A DNA stretch of 64,000 nucleotides from an uncultured Chloroflexia bacterium (GTDB taxonomy: Bacteria; Chloroflexota; Limnocylindria; Limnocylindrales; CSP1-4), in contig CAVXEB010000007.1 of the NCBI GenBank assembly GCA_963760735.1, forward strand, positions 62,110-126,109, read 5' to 3'. The position numbers and the translations under genes are program-made. Below the pieces are notes generated by a model. The model was not told where the DNA came from. It saw only the letters and a list, made by a program, of their open reading frames with translations, and did not search any database. Of this stretch, positions 45,641 through 55,151 are shown piece after piece (position 1 is the stretch's first letter; every line of letters begins with the position of its first letter).

Positions 45641-47128
45641 CTACTCGACCATGTCGATCCAGATCGTCTTGAGCTCGGTGTACTGGTCGTGCGCGTGGAC
45701 GCTCTTGTCGTGGCCGCCGAAGCCCGACTGGCGGAACCCCCCGAACGGTGTCGTGAGATCGCCCTCGGAGTACGTGTTCACGCCGACGACACCGGCCTTG
45801 ATCGCCCGGGCCATCCGGTGGGCCGTCCGCACGTTCTCGGTGTAGATCGAGGCGGCGAGGCCGTAGTCCGTGTCATTCGCGAGGCGGATCGCCTCATCCT
45901 CGCCGTCGAACTCGATGACCGACAGGACCGGCCCGAAGATCTCCTCGCGGGCGATCCTCATGTCGTTGGTGGCGCGATCGAAGATCGTCGGGGCGACGAA
46001 CCAGCCGCCGCTCTCCTCGCGGACCCGGCCACCCCCGACGATCGCTTCGGCGCCCTCGGCACGGCCGGCGTCGATGTAGCCGAGGACCTTCTCCATGTGG
46101 CTCCGCGTGATCATCGGCCCGATCCGGGTTGCCTCGTCGAGCGGGTCGCCGACGATCCAGTCGCGCTCCGCAATCGGGACGAGCCGATCGAGCAGGGCAT
46201 CCTTGACCCGACGGTCGACGAGGAGCCGGCTGCCGGCGGAGCAGTTCTCGCCCATGTTCCAGAAGATCGCGCTGGCGACTCGCTTGGCGATCGTGTCGAG
46301 GTCCCGGGCATCGGCCATCACGATCTGCGGGCTCTTGCCGCCCAGCTCCAGGGAGACACGCTTCAGGTTCGTCTCGGCCGAGGCCGCGAGGACCGTCCGG
46401 CCGACCTCGGTCGAGCCGGTGAAGGCCACGCCGTCGATCCCGCGATGGCGGGCGATCGCGGTGCCGATCACTGGGCCCGGCCCGGTCACGACGTTGAGGA
46501 CGCCCTCCGGGATGCCGGCTTCCGCCCCCAGCTCGGCCGTCCGCAACAGGCTCAGGGACGTCACCTGGGCGGGTTTCATGACGACGGCATTGCCCGTGGC
46601 GAGGATCGGCCCGAGCTTCCAGGCGGCCATCTGGAGCGGGTAGTTCCACGGGACGATCGCGCCGATCACGCCCAGCGGCTCGCGGACGATCATGCCGACG
46701 GCCCCGGGCCCCGTCGGGGCGACCTGGTCGTAGAGCTTGTCGGTCGCCTCCGCATGCCATCGGATCGTGGCGGCGGAATCCGGGATGTCGAGCGAGCGCG
46801 AGTCGCTGATCGGCTTGCCGACGTCGAGGGTCTCGATCCGGGCGAGCTCATCGGCGTTCGCGTCGATCAGGTCGGCGAAGCGCTGGAGGATCCGCTTCCG
46901 ATCGGCGGGCGGTGTCGCCGCCCAGCCGGGCGCGGCCCGCCGGGCCGCGGCGACGGCGCGCTCGACGTCCTCGACATCGCACTCGGCGACCTCGGCGAGC
47001 CGCCGCCCGCTCGCCGGATTCTCGACTTCGTAGGTCTTCCCGCTGGCGGCGTCCACGAAGTCGCCGCCGATGAATGCCTGGGTCCGGACGATCGACGCCG
47101 ATGACGGATCGGACGCGGAGATGGCCAT
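45641..47128 (-). CDS. NAD(P)-dependent aldehyde dehydrogenase
   Basis: 495-aa track ORF. VSLELGGKSP, FWNMGENCSAGSR (catalytic Cys), PFGGFRQSGFG. Confidence 0.93.
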   Translation of the reverse strand: MAISASDPSSASIVRTQAFIGGDFVDAASGKTYEVENPASGRRLAEVAECDVEDVERAVAAARRAAPGWAATPPADRKRILQRFADLIDANADELARIETLDVGKPISDSRSLDIPDSAATIRWHAEATDKLYDQVAPTGPGAVGMIVREPLGVIGAIVPWNYPLQMAAWKLGPILATGNAVVMKPAQVTSLSLLRTAELGAEAGIPEGVLNVVTGPGPVIGTAIARHRGIDGVAFTGSTEVGRTVLAASAETNLKRVSLELGGKSPQIVMADARDLDTIAKRVASAIFWNMGENCSAGSRLLVDRRVKDALLDRLVPIAERDWIVGDPLDEATRIGPMITRSHMEKVLGYIDAGRAEGAEAIVGGGRVREESGGWFVAPTIFDRATNDMRIAREEIFGPVLSVIEFDGEDEAIRLANDTDYGLAASIYTENVRTAHRMARAIKAGVVGVNTYSEGDLTTPFGGFRQSGFGGHDKSVHAHDQYTELKTIWIDMVE

Positions 47129-47229
47129 TCGAACGCACTCCTCTGAGACAGGCGCCCATGGTACGAGCCGGGCTCGCGAGCGGAACCGGTCGTCGCGGCG
47201 GTCGCCCCCGCCCGGTTGGTTGCGCGGCT

Positions 47230-49014
47230 TCAGGTCGACCAGCGAGTCGCGATCGCCTCCCGGACCTCGTCCGGCAGCCAGAACCAGCGCAGGTGCTCGA
47301 AGTCCGCGCCGACCTCGAGCCCGGCCCCGTCAGCGGCGGGCGGACCGCCCAGCGCAGCGAGCGGGTCCGCCAGGATCCGCTCGGCTTCGGCCAGGTGGTC
47401 CTCCAGCGCCTCCTCGCCGAGCGTGTGGCGATGCGACGGATACGAGACCCCGTCGGCGGCGAACGCCACGTCGTGAAGGGACAGCGGTGGCTCGGGCGCT
47501 CCCGAGGCGTGGCGCCACAGCCCGGTCGCGGGCTCGAAGCGGTACCAGGGCAGCAGCCGCCAGCCGTCTCGCGCGACGAGCGTGACCGCCGCGACCAGGT
47601 AGTCGAACACGGGCCCACTGATGAAATAGTTGAAGTTGACGCGGACCCAGCCGGGCTTGATCCCCTCGCAGCCGCGGGCGATCTCGCGCTCGAACCCATG
47701 CGACGTCTCGATGTCGATCCCGAGCAGGCGGTGGCCGTACGGCCCTGCGCACGAACAGCCGCCCCGGGACTGGATCCCGAACAGGTCGTTCAGGACCGCG
47801 ACGACGAAGTTGTGGTGGAGGTACCGCCCGTCGTGTCGGACCGTGAACGACACGATCGACAGCCGCGGCAGCGCCGGGTTGCCGAGGACCTGGATCTCGG
47901 GCACCCCGAGCCACGCCGCGATCGCCCGCTCGATGAAGTCCTCCTCGCGCCGGCGGATCGCGTCGACGCCGACCGACTCCTTCAGCTTGAAGACGAGCCC
48001 GGCCCGGATCGACTCGACGATCGCGGGGGTGCCGCCCTCCTCGCGGTGCTCCGGGTCGGCGAGGTAGACATGCTCGAGCGGGTTGACGTATGCGACCGTT
48101 CCGCCGCCCGGTGACGTCGGCACGCGGTTGCGGAACAGCTCGCGGCGGGCGACGAGGACGCCCGGCGTGCCGGGTCCGCCGATGAACTTGTGGGGGCTGA
48201 GGACGATCGCGTCCTTGTAGTCGAAGGTCGCCTTGCCGTCCGCAACGCCGCGGTTCGGGCCGGCGGTCGGCGCCGCGCGGTGGGGCTCCATCTCGATCTC
48301 GACATACGGCCCGGCCGCGGCGAAGTCCCAGAACGACAATGCTCCGTGCTCGTGCAGGAGGACCGAGATCGCCCGGGTGTCGCTGAGGATCCCGGTGACG
48401 TTCGAGGCCGCCGAGAACGAGCCGATCTTCAGGGGCCGATCTGCGTACTCGCGCAGCGCCGCCTCCAATCGTGCGAGGTCGATCCGGCCGTCCTGGTCCT
48501 CGCCGATCGTGATCACGTCGACGACCGACTCGCGCCAGGGCAGCTCGTTGCTGTGGTGCTCGTACGGACCGATGAACACGACCGGCCGCTGCTCGGGCGG
48601 GATGTGGGCCCGAAGGCCGAACCGATCGTCGAGGCCGGCCGGGATCCGGAGCTCGAGCACGCCGACAAGGAGGTTGACGGCGCCGGTCATGCCGGCGCCG
48701 GTGAAGATGACCGCGTGGTCGTCCTTCGTCGCGCCGACCGCGTCGCGGATGATCGCCCGGGCGTCCTCGCGGAAGCGCGTCGTCTGGAGCCCGGTTCCGG
48801 ACGATTCCGTGTGGGTGTTCGCATAGAGCGGCAGGACGGCCTCGCGGATCCAGTCCTCGACGAACGTCAGCGCGCGGCCCGATGCCGTGTAGTCCGCGTA
48901 CGTCACGCGGCGAAGTCCGAACGGCCCGACCACGGCCTCGTCGTCACCGATGACGGACGCGCGAACCCGCTCGATCAGGGCGTCCGACGCGTTCGCAGCT
49001 CCCATGCCGGGCAT
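47230..49014 (-). CDS. Class V-fold PLP-dependent aminotransferase/desulfurase-like protein (long form)
   Basis: 594-aa track ORF. YANTHTESSGTG, AASNVTG, SPHKFIGGPGTPG (PLP Lys). Confidence 0.85.
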   Translation of the reverse strand: MPGMGAANASDALIERVRASVIGDDEAVVGPFGLRRVTYADYTASGRALTFVEDWIREAVLPLYANTHTESSGTGLQTTRFREDARAIIRDAVGATKDDHAVIFTGAGMTGAVNLLVGVLELRIPAGLDDRFGLRAHIPPEQRPVVFIGPYEHHSNELPWRESVVDVITIGEDQDGRIDLARLEAALREYADRPLKIGSFSAASNVTGILSDTRAISVLLHEHGALSFWDFAAAGPYVEIEMEPHRAAPTAGPNRGVADGKATFDYKDAIVLSPHKFIGGPGTPGVLVARRELFRNRVPTSPGGGTVAYVNPLEHVYLADPEHREEGGTPAIVESIRAGLVFKLKESVGVDAIRRREEDFIERAIAAWLGVPEIQVLGNPALPRLSIVSFTVRHDGRYLHHNFVVAVLNDLFGIQSRGGCSCAGPYGHRLLGIDIETSHGFEREIARGCEGIKPGWVRVNFNYFISGPVFDYLVAAVTLVARDGWRLLPWYRFEPATGLWRHASGAPEPPLSLHDVAFAADGVSYPSHRHTLGEEALEDHLAEAERILADPLAALGGPPAADGAGLEVGADFEHLRWFWLPDEVREAIATRWST

Positions 49015-49073
49015 CGTACGCGAGCGACATCGCCGCGCCCGCCCGGGACGCCGATTGGCCCTACCCTGTCGTC

Positions 49074-49991
49074 GTGCGGATCGCGACCTGGAACGTCAAC
49101 TCGCTGAAGGCCCGGACCGACGCCGTGGAGCGGTGGCTGGAGCGCGCTTCGCCGGACGTGCTCCTGATGCAGGAGACGAAGCTCGCCGACGAGGACGCTC
49201 CGGAGATGCCCTTCCGGATGCTCGGCTACGAGCTCGTCCACCACGGCGAGGGCCGCTGGAACGGCGTCGCGATCGCGAGCCGCGTCGGGGCGACCGACGT
49301 GATCACGAACTTCGGCGACGGCCCGGTCCGCGACAGCCGGCAAGGGGCGGACGTCGCGGTCGGCGAGGAGGATTTCGACCCGTTCGACGAGGCCCGGATG
49401 GTGTCCGCGGTCTGTGACGGGATCCGGATCGTCAGCCTGTACGCCCCGAACGGACGCGTCGTGGGGACCCCGTTCTACGAGGGCAAGCTCCGCTGGTTCG
49501 AGCGGCTCCGGCGCTGGCTCGACGAGACATGCTCGCCCGACGAGCCCCTCGTTCTCGGCGGCGACCTCAACGCGACGCCGACCGATGCCGACGTCTGGGA
49601 CGCGGTCGCCGCGCACGGTGGGACGCACGTCTCGCCGCCGGAGCGCGAGGCTCTCGCCACCCTTCGGGACTGGGGGCTCGTCGACGCCTACCGGGCCGCC
49701 GCCGGCGACCTCCCGGGCCGGTTCTCGTGGTGGGACTACCGGGCCGGGATGTTCCATCGGAACGAGGGAATGCGGATCGACCTGCTGTACGTGACGAAGC
49801 CGATCGCCGACCGGATCGTCTGGGCCGAGATCGACCGCGAGGCCCGGAAGGGCCCGCCGATCCCGTCGGACCACGCCCCGGTCGTCGTCGACCTCGACGA
49901 GAAGGGGCGTGCGTTCGACGCCGGCTGGGATGGCGCTCTGGCGCGGATCGCCGCGCGGACGCGGCCGCGCAAGGCGAAAGCGCCGGCCTGA
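49074..49991 (+). CDS. xthA: Exodeoxyribonuclease III
   Basis: GTG start. MRIATWNVNSLKAR, LMQETK, GGDLN, PSDHAP. Confidence 0.92.
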   Translation: MRIATWNVNSLKARTDAVERWLERASPDVLLMQETKLADEDAPEMPFRMLGYELVHHGEGRWNGVAIASRVGATDVITNFGDGPVRDSRQGADVAVGEEDFDPFDEARMVSAVCDGIRIVSLYAPNGRVVGTPFYEGKLRWFERLRRWLDETCSPDEPLVLGGDLNATPTDADVWDAVAAHGGTHVSPPEREALATLRDWGLVDAYRAAAGDLPGRFSWWDYRAGMFHRNEGMRIDLLYVTKPIADRIVWAEIDREARKGPPIPSDHAPVVVDLDEKGRAFDAGWDGALARIAARTRPRKAKAPA

Positions 49992-50018
49992 GCGACCGGG
50001 CTTAGTCGAGGTGCCGGC

Positions 50019-50333
50019 TCAGTCGAGGTGGAAGACCTCGTCGAGCCGCTGGTGGAAGCCTGTCGCCGGATCCGTCAACGGGTCGATCAGCGAACCCATG
50101 TCGCGCTGCCAGCGGGCATTGATCTCGCTGGCGGCGAGGGATTCCTGGAACCGCCGCAGGTCCTCGACCTCGAGGTAGCCGAACAGGTCGCGGCCGTGGA
50201 GGAAGATCGAGTAGTTCCGGGCGCCCGCCGCGCGGAGCTCGTCGAGCATCTCCGGCCAGACCGCCGCATGGCGCTGCCGATACTCCGCCTCGGCCCCGGG
50301 CAGGAGGCGCATCACGAACCCGATCCGCTCCAT
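50019..50333 (-). CDS. rhaM: L-rhamnose mutarotase
   Basis: 104 aa. GFVMRLLPGAEAEYRQRHAAVWPEMLDELRAAGARNYSIFL...EVFHLD resembles YiiL/RhaM end to end. Confidence 0.9.
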   Translation of the reverse strand: MERIGFVMRLLPGAEAEYRQRHAAVWPEMLDELRAAGARNYSIFLHGRDLFGYLEVEDLRRFQESLAASEINARWQRDMGSLIDPLTDPATGFHQRLDEVFHLD

Positions 50334-50352
50334 CGTTCCTCCTCGTCGTCGT

Positions 50353-50388
50353 GAACGACCCCGGGCCGTCAGGGTCCCGGGGTCGTTC
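50353..50388 (-). terminator. Perfect 13-bp hairpin between the SBP gene and rhaM
   Basis: gaacgaccccggg-ccgtcagggt-cccggggtcgttc. No U-tract, so it is likely an intercistronic attenuator or mRNA-stability element. Confidence 0.45.
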
Positions 50389-50416
50389 GCTGATCCGCGT
50401 TACGGCGATCCGTCGA

Positions 50417-51529
50417 TCAGGACGGGCCCCAGTTCTGCGCGTCGATGTTGTCCTTGTTGAAGACGAGCGGGGGGCCGAGGATGATCGTGCTGTCCTTGCC
50501 GATCGTGTACGGCTTCCCGCCATTCAGGTTCGCGACGGTGAGACTCTCACCCTCCTTGCCGGTGATGGTCCCCTTGACCAGCGCGTCCGCGACGTAGGTC
50601 GTCAGGTAGCCCAGGTCCGGGACGCTCCACAGCCCGAACTCGGGAGCGGTGCCGTCCTTGACGTACGCGGCCATCTGCTTGGGGAACCCGAGGCCGGTGA
50701 CCTTGACGCTGTCCTGCTTCTTCTGGCCCGAGACGACCTGTGCCGCGGCGAGGACGCCGACGGTGGTCGGGGCGACGATGACCTTGAGGTTCGGGTGGGT
50801 CTGCAGGAGGCCCTGGGCCTGCGTGGTGCTCTTCTGCGGGTCGTCATCGCCGTAGACGGTGTCGACGAGCTTCAGGCCCTTGTACTTGTCCCCGGCGAGG
50901 ATCGTCTTCATGCTGTCGATCCAGGCGTTCTGGTTCGACGCCGTGGCCGCCGCCGAGAGGACCGCGATCTCGCCCGTGCAGCTCGGCGCGAGGTCGCACG
51001 CCCAGTCGGCCATCGACTGGCCGATGAGGCTGAAGTCGGTCTGGTTGACGAAGACGTCATACGCCCCGACGGCGGGGCTGGAGTCGTACCCGACGACCTT
51101 GATGCCGGCGGCCTTCGCGGCCGTCAGGGCGGGCACGACCGCGTTCGGATCGTTCGCCGAGATCGCGATGGCGCTGACGCCCTTGGTCGTGGCGTCCTGG
51201 ATGAAGGACGCCTGGGCCTCGGTCGCGGAGCTCGGTCCGACCTGGGTGACCGTGCCGCCGAGCTCGCCGGCGGCCTTGTCGGCGCCGACCTTCGCGGCGT
51301 CGAAGTAGGGGTTGTTGATCTGCTTCGGGATGAACGTGACGTTCAGGGCGGCGGCGGCCTGGCTGGCCCCCGCCGAGGCGGACCCGGCGGGCGCGGACGC
51401 CGCGGCCGGAGCGGACGCCGCCGTCGACGCGCTCGGCGTCGGGGTTGCACCCGAACTACATGCGCCGACGGCGATGCCCGCCGTGGCGAACAGGGCGGCC
51501 ATCCGCCCGAAACGACGTGAGATCAACAC
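50417..51529 (-). CDS. rhaS: Rhamnose-type ABC transporter substrate-binding lipoprotein
   Basis: GTG 51529 (or TTG 51526) after GAGGAGG. ...RRFGRMAALFATAGIAVGAC|SSG is a lipobox. Periplasmic-binding family 1 sugar SBP. Rhamnose specificity is inferred from context. Confidence 0.8.
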   Translation of the reverse strand: MLISRRFGRMAALFATAGIAVGACSSGATPTPSASTAASAPAAASAPAGSASAGASQAAAALNVTFIPKQINNPYFDAAKVGADKAAGELGGTVTQVGPSSATEAQASFIQDATTKGVSAIAISANDPNAVVPALTAAKAAGIKVVGYDSSPAVGAYDVFVNQTDFSLIGQSMADWACDLAPSCTGEIAVLSAAATASNQNAWIDSMKTILAGDKYKGLKLVDTVYGDDDPQKSTTQAQGLLQTHPNLKVIVAPTTVGVLAAAQVVSGQKKQDSVKVTGLGFPKQMAAYVKDGTAPEFGLWSVPDLGYLTTYVADALVKGTITGKEGESLTVANLNGGKPYTIGKDSTIILGPPLVFNKDNIDAQNWGPS

Positions 51530-51545
51530 AGCACCTCCTCGTGTG

Positions 51546-52580
51546 TCATGAAGCGACAACCTCACTCGGGCCGCCAACCGAGGGGGTCGGTCTGTTCCGA
51601 CTCCCCTGTGCTCGGTCGATGGCGTCCTTGACCCGGCGAGCAAGAGTGGGAATGACCACCGACACGATCAGGAGCAGCCCGACGGCGATGCTCTGGATGT
51701 CGGAGGACACGTTCGTCAGCCGCAGGACATTGCCCATCACGGCCAACGTGAAGAACGCAAGGACGACGCCGGGGATCGTGCCCCGGCCACCGAAGATGTC
51801 GACGCCGCCGAGCAGCACGATCGTCACGACGACGAGCGTGAGACCCGAGCCGACGTCCGCCCGCGCGCTGGACATGCGCGCGACGAGGATGACGCCGGCG
51901 AGGGCTGCCACGACGCCCGACAGGACGAACAGCAGCAGCTTGATCCTGGCGACGCGGACCCCCGAGAACCGGGATGCCGACTGGTTCTTGCCCATGGCGT
52001 AGAGCTGACGCCCGATCCACGTCCGGTGAAGGATGATGCCGAGGACGATCGCCAGGCCGAGATAGATGGTGAACGGCCACGGGATCGGCAGACCGGGCAC
52101 GGTCCCGAACCCGAAGGTCGTGAACCAGTCCGGGAAGTTGCTCACGCCGCGCGACTCGAGGACCACGAGCGCGAGCCCGCGGTAGAGGGCGAGCGTGCCG
52201 AGAGTGACCACCAGCGACGGCAGGCCGACCCGCGTCACGAGGACGCCGTTCAGGAGCCCGCCCAGCGCGCCGACGATCAGCACGGCGACGATCGCCAGCG
52301 GAAGCGGCACGCCGGCCGCGAACAGAGCGCCGAGGACCGCCGCGGACAGGCCGACCATCGATTCGACGGACAGGTCGATCTCGCCCGAGATGATGATCAG
52401 GGCCATCGGGAGCGACATGATCGCGACCTCGATCACGGCTGCGATCAGGTTCGCGAAGTTCCGCCCGCTCAGGAACACCGGTGAGACGGCAGCCCCGATC
52501 GCGATCAGCGCAATGAGGAATGCGGCGAGCAGGACTTCCCAGCGTGCAAGCCGGCCGAGGCGTCCGGCGGCGCCGGTCAT
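51546..52580 (-). CDS. rhaQ: Sugar ABC transporter permease (second)
   Basis: ATG 52580 MTGAAGRLGRLARWEVLL, overlapping the upstream stop by 4 nt. RbsC-type 10-TM permease, GGVDIFGGRGT. Confidence 0.8.
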   Translation of the reverse strand: MTGAAGRLGRLARWEVLLAAFLIALIAIGAAVSPVFLSGRNFANLIAAVIEVAIMSLPMALIIISGEIDLSVESMVGLSAAVLGALFAAGVPLPLAIVAVLIVGALGGLLNGVLVTRVGLPSLVVTLGTLALYRGLALVVLESRGVSNFPDWFTTFGFGTVPGLPIPWPFTIYLGLAIVLGIILHRTWIGRQLYAMGKNQSASRFSGVRVARIKLLLFVLSGVVAALAGVILVARMSSARADVGSGLTLVVVTIVLLGGVDIFGGRGTIPGVVLAFFTLAVMGNVLRLTNVSSDIQSIAVGLLLIVSVVIPTLARRVKDAIDRAQGSRNRPTPSVGGPSEVVAS

Positions 52581-53605
52581 TGGCCGCGCCGGCCGGAGAC
52601 CGACCGCTGGAACTGGCGGACGAGCACCGCGTCGAGGGCGACCGCGATCAGGATCACGAGCCCGTACAGGGCCTGCAGCCAGAACTGCGAGAGGCGCACC
52701 AGGATCAGGGCGTTCCCGATGAACGTCAGGAACAGCGCCCCGAGCGCGGCGCCGATGACGGTGCCGGACCCGCCGAAGATGTTGACGCCGCCCACCACGA
52801 CCGCCGCCACGACCTGCAACGTCACCCCCGTCGCCGACGTCGCGTTGATCGTCCCGAAGAGGATCCCCCACATCACGCCCGCGATCCCACCCAGCAGTCC
52901 GCAGGCCGAGAACACGACGAACGTCACCAATCCCGCCCGGATGCCGAGGATCGCCGCGCCTTCCGGGTTGCTCCCGACCGCGTAGACGGAGCGCCCGAAG
53001 TTCGTCCATCGAAGGATCGCGGCGAACGCCATGGCGAGCCCGATGGCGACCAGAACGAAGACCGGGATCCCGAGCAGGGTCGCGCGGGCAATCGCCGTGT
53101 AGCCCGGCGGCAGCTGTGTCGCGGTCACCTGCTTGCCACCGGCGATCAGGAAGTCGATCCCCCGGTAGATGCTGAGCGTCCCGAGCGTTGCCACGATCGA
53201 GGGCACCCCGAAGACCGCCACGATGACTCCGTTGACCATCCCGAGGACGAGCCCCAGCCCGACGCCGAACAGCATCGCGAGGGGAATCGGCAGCAGGCCG
53301 TTCGCGAGGACTCCGGCGACGGCGAAGGCGACGAGGCCCATGGTCGCCTCGACGGAAAGGTCGACGTTGCGGGTGATCACGACCATCGCCTCGCCGATCG
53401 CGGCGACAGCGATGACGGCGGCGAGCACCGAGACGTCGGTCAGGTTGGCCGAGGACAGCACCTGCGGCGCCTGGAGGGCGACCAGACCCACCATGGCGAC
53501 GAGGATCAGGACCAGGCTCAGCTCGCGCTGCCGTGCCGCGGCGCCCAGGAGACGCGCCAGCGGACCTGCTGTCGGTGCCGCGGTGACTGCCGTCGCCCTA
53601 GCCAT
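52577..53605 (-). CDS. rhaP: Sugar ABC transporter permease (first)
   Basis: 342-aa track ORF, RbsC-type, GGVNIFGGSGT. Overlaps the ATPase gene by 8 nt. Confidence 0.8.
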   Translation of the reverse strand: MARATAVTAAPTAGPLARLLGAAARQRELSLVLILVAMVGLVALQAPQVLSSANLTDVSVLAAVIAVAAIGEAMVVITRNVDLSVEATMGLVAFAVAGVLANGLLPIPLAMLFGVGLGLVLGMVNGVIVAVFGVPSIVATLGTLSIYRGIDFLIAGGKQVTATQLPPGYTAIARATLLGIPVFVLVAIGLAMAFAAILRWTNFGRSVYAVGSNPEGAAILGIRAGLVTFVVFSACGLLGGIAGVMWGILFGTINATSATGVTLQVVAAVVVGGVNIFGGSGTVIGAALGALFLTFIGNALILVRLSQFWLQALYGLVILIAVALDAVLVRQFQRSVSGRRGQ

Positions 53606-55151
53606 CGGCCACGGCCGCGTCCGAACTGTCCTGCGCCGTCGCCGCGTACATCACGGTCTCTTCGGTGGCGTCCGCGCGGGCGATCTCGGCGCTGATGCGG
53701 CCTTCGTGGAGCACGATGATCCGATCCGACATCGCCAGGACCTCTGGCAGGTCGCTGGAGATCAGGATGATCCCGAGCCCCGACGCCGCCAGCTCGGAGA
53801 TGATGCGATGGACCTCGACCTTCGCCCCGATATCGATCCCGCGGGTCGGCTCGTCGAGGATGAGGATGCGCGGCTCGGTCGCCAGCCACTTGGCGAGGAC
53901 GACCTTCTGCTGATTGCCCCCGGACAGGGCGCTGGCCGGCTGGTCGACCCCGGTCATCCGGACATCCAGTCGTGTCGCGTAGCCGTCACCGACGCTCCGC
54001 TCCCTCGACTCGCGGACGAACAGCCGCGGGAACAGGCGCGGAAGGATCGGCAGCGTGACGTTGTGGGCGATCGAGAAGTCGAGCACCAGGCCCTGCTGGT
54101 GGCGATCCTCGGGGAGGTAGGCCACACCGGCGGCCATCGCCTCCGACGGGCTCGCGAACGCCACCTCCCGGTCATCGAGCCGCACGACGCCGGCGTCGCG
54201 CCGATCGATGCCGAAGAGCACGCGGGCGACCTCGGTTCGGCCTGCCCCGACGAGACCCGCGAAGCCGACGATCTCGCCGGACCGGACCGAGAAGCTAACA
54301 TCCTCGAACACGCCGGCCCGGGTCAGGCCGGACACCTCGAGGAGGACGTCGCCCACGGGACTCTCCACCCTCGGGAACAACGTGACGGCTCGCCCGACCA
54401 TGTACCGGATGAGATCCGCGGTCGTGAGCTCCGCCGTCGGAGCAGAGATGACATGCCGACCGTCGCGCAGGACGGTGGCCTGATCGCACAGCTCGAAGAC
54501 CTCATCGAGACGGTGGCTGACGAACAGGATCGCGACGCCGCGATCCCGGAGCTGCCGGACGATCGAGAAGAGACGCGCGACCTCGTGCGCCGAAAGCGAC
54601 GCGGTCGGCTCGTCGAGGATCAGCACGCTGGTTTCGACCGAGAGGGAACGGGCAATCTCGATCAGCTGCTGGTCCGCCATGGACAGGCCCCGGACCAGCA
54701 TCCGCGGGTCCAACGGGACGTCGAGCTCCCGGAACAGCGTCTCGGCGCCGGTCCGCATCGCGCCCCAGTCGACGGTCCCGAGCCGGCCGGGCGGGACGTG
54801 ACCGATGAAGACGTTCTCGGCGACGGAGAGGTCCGGGAACAGCTGCGGCTCCTGGTGGACCACGGCGATGCCATTCGCCCGGGCGTCCACCGGGCTGCGC
54901 AGGACGGTCGGGATGCCGGCGAGCGTCAGCGTCCCGGAGTCGGGCTGATGGATCCCGGCCAGGATCTTCGCGAGCGTGCTCTTGCCGGCCCCGTTCTCGC
55001 CGACGAGCGCGCGGATCTGGCCGGCGCGGAGCTCCAGGCTGACGTCCGTCAGCGCCTGCGTCGCCCCGAACTGCTTCGAGATGTCGGCCATCGCGACGGC
55101 CGGAGGCGGAGCGGCCGTCAGCGGTGCCGTCGCGGGCACCGGCATCACCAT
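53598..55151 (-). CDS. rhaT: Sugar ABC transporter ATP-binding protein (duplicated ATPase)
   Basis: Start MVMPVPAT at 55151 (alternatives ATG 55145 or 55091). Walker A GENGAGKST and GLVGAGRTE, signatures LSMADQQ / LSGGNQQK. Confidence 0.88.
   Translation of the reverse strand: MVMPVPATAPLTAAPPPAVAMADISKQFGATQALTDVSLELRAGQIRALVGENGAGKSTLAKILAGIHQPDSGTLTLAGIPTVLRSPVDARANGIAVVHQEPQLFPDLSVAENVFIGHVPPGRLGTVDWGAMRTGAETLFRELDVPLDPRMLVRGLSMADQQLIEIARSLSVETSVLILDEPTASLSAHEVARLFSIVRQLRDRGVAILFVSHRLDEVFELCDQATVLRDGRHVISAPTAELTTADLIRYMVGRAVTLFPRVESPVGDVLLEVSGLTRAGVFEDVSFSVRSGEIVGFAGLVGAGRTEVARVLFGIDRRDAGVVRLDDREVAFASPSEAMAAGVAYLPEDRHQQGLVLDFSIAHNVTLPILPRLFPRLFVRESRERSVGDGYATRLDVRMTGVDQPASALSGGNQQKVVLAKWLATEPRILILDEPTRGIDIGAKVEVHRIISELAASGLGIILISSDLPEVLAMSDRIIVLHEGRISAEIARADATEETVMYAATAQDSSDAAVADG

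Noticed and set aside
44531-45845. Track ORFs running through the two repeat copies (44531..44845 minus, 44587..44955 plus, 45573..45845 plus) that give similar peptides
   Set aside because: Between copies, the best frame shows 9 non-synonymous versus 2 synonymous codon differences. The ORFs are Arg/Pro/Ala-rich and have no RBS. They are treated as non-coding repeats.
50002-50031. Direct duplication ttagtcgaggtg / tcagtcgaggtg at the rhaM 3' end
   Set aside because: It is only 12 nt, sits in the 27-nt gap between convergent xthA and rhaM, and has no further structure. It is probably a trivial slip duplication of the stop region.
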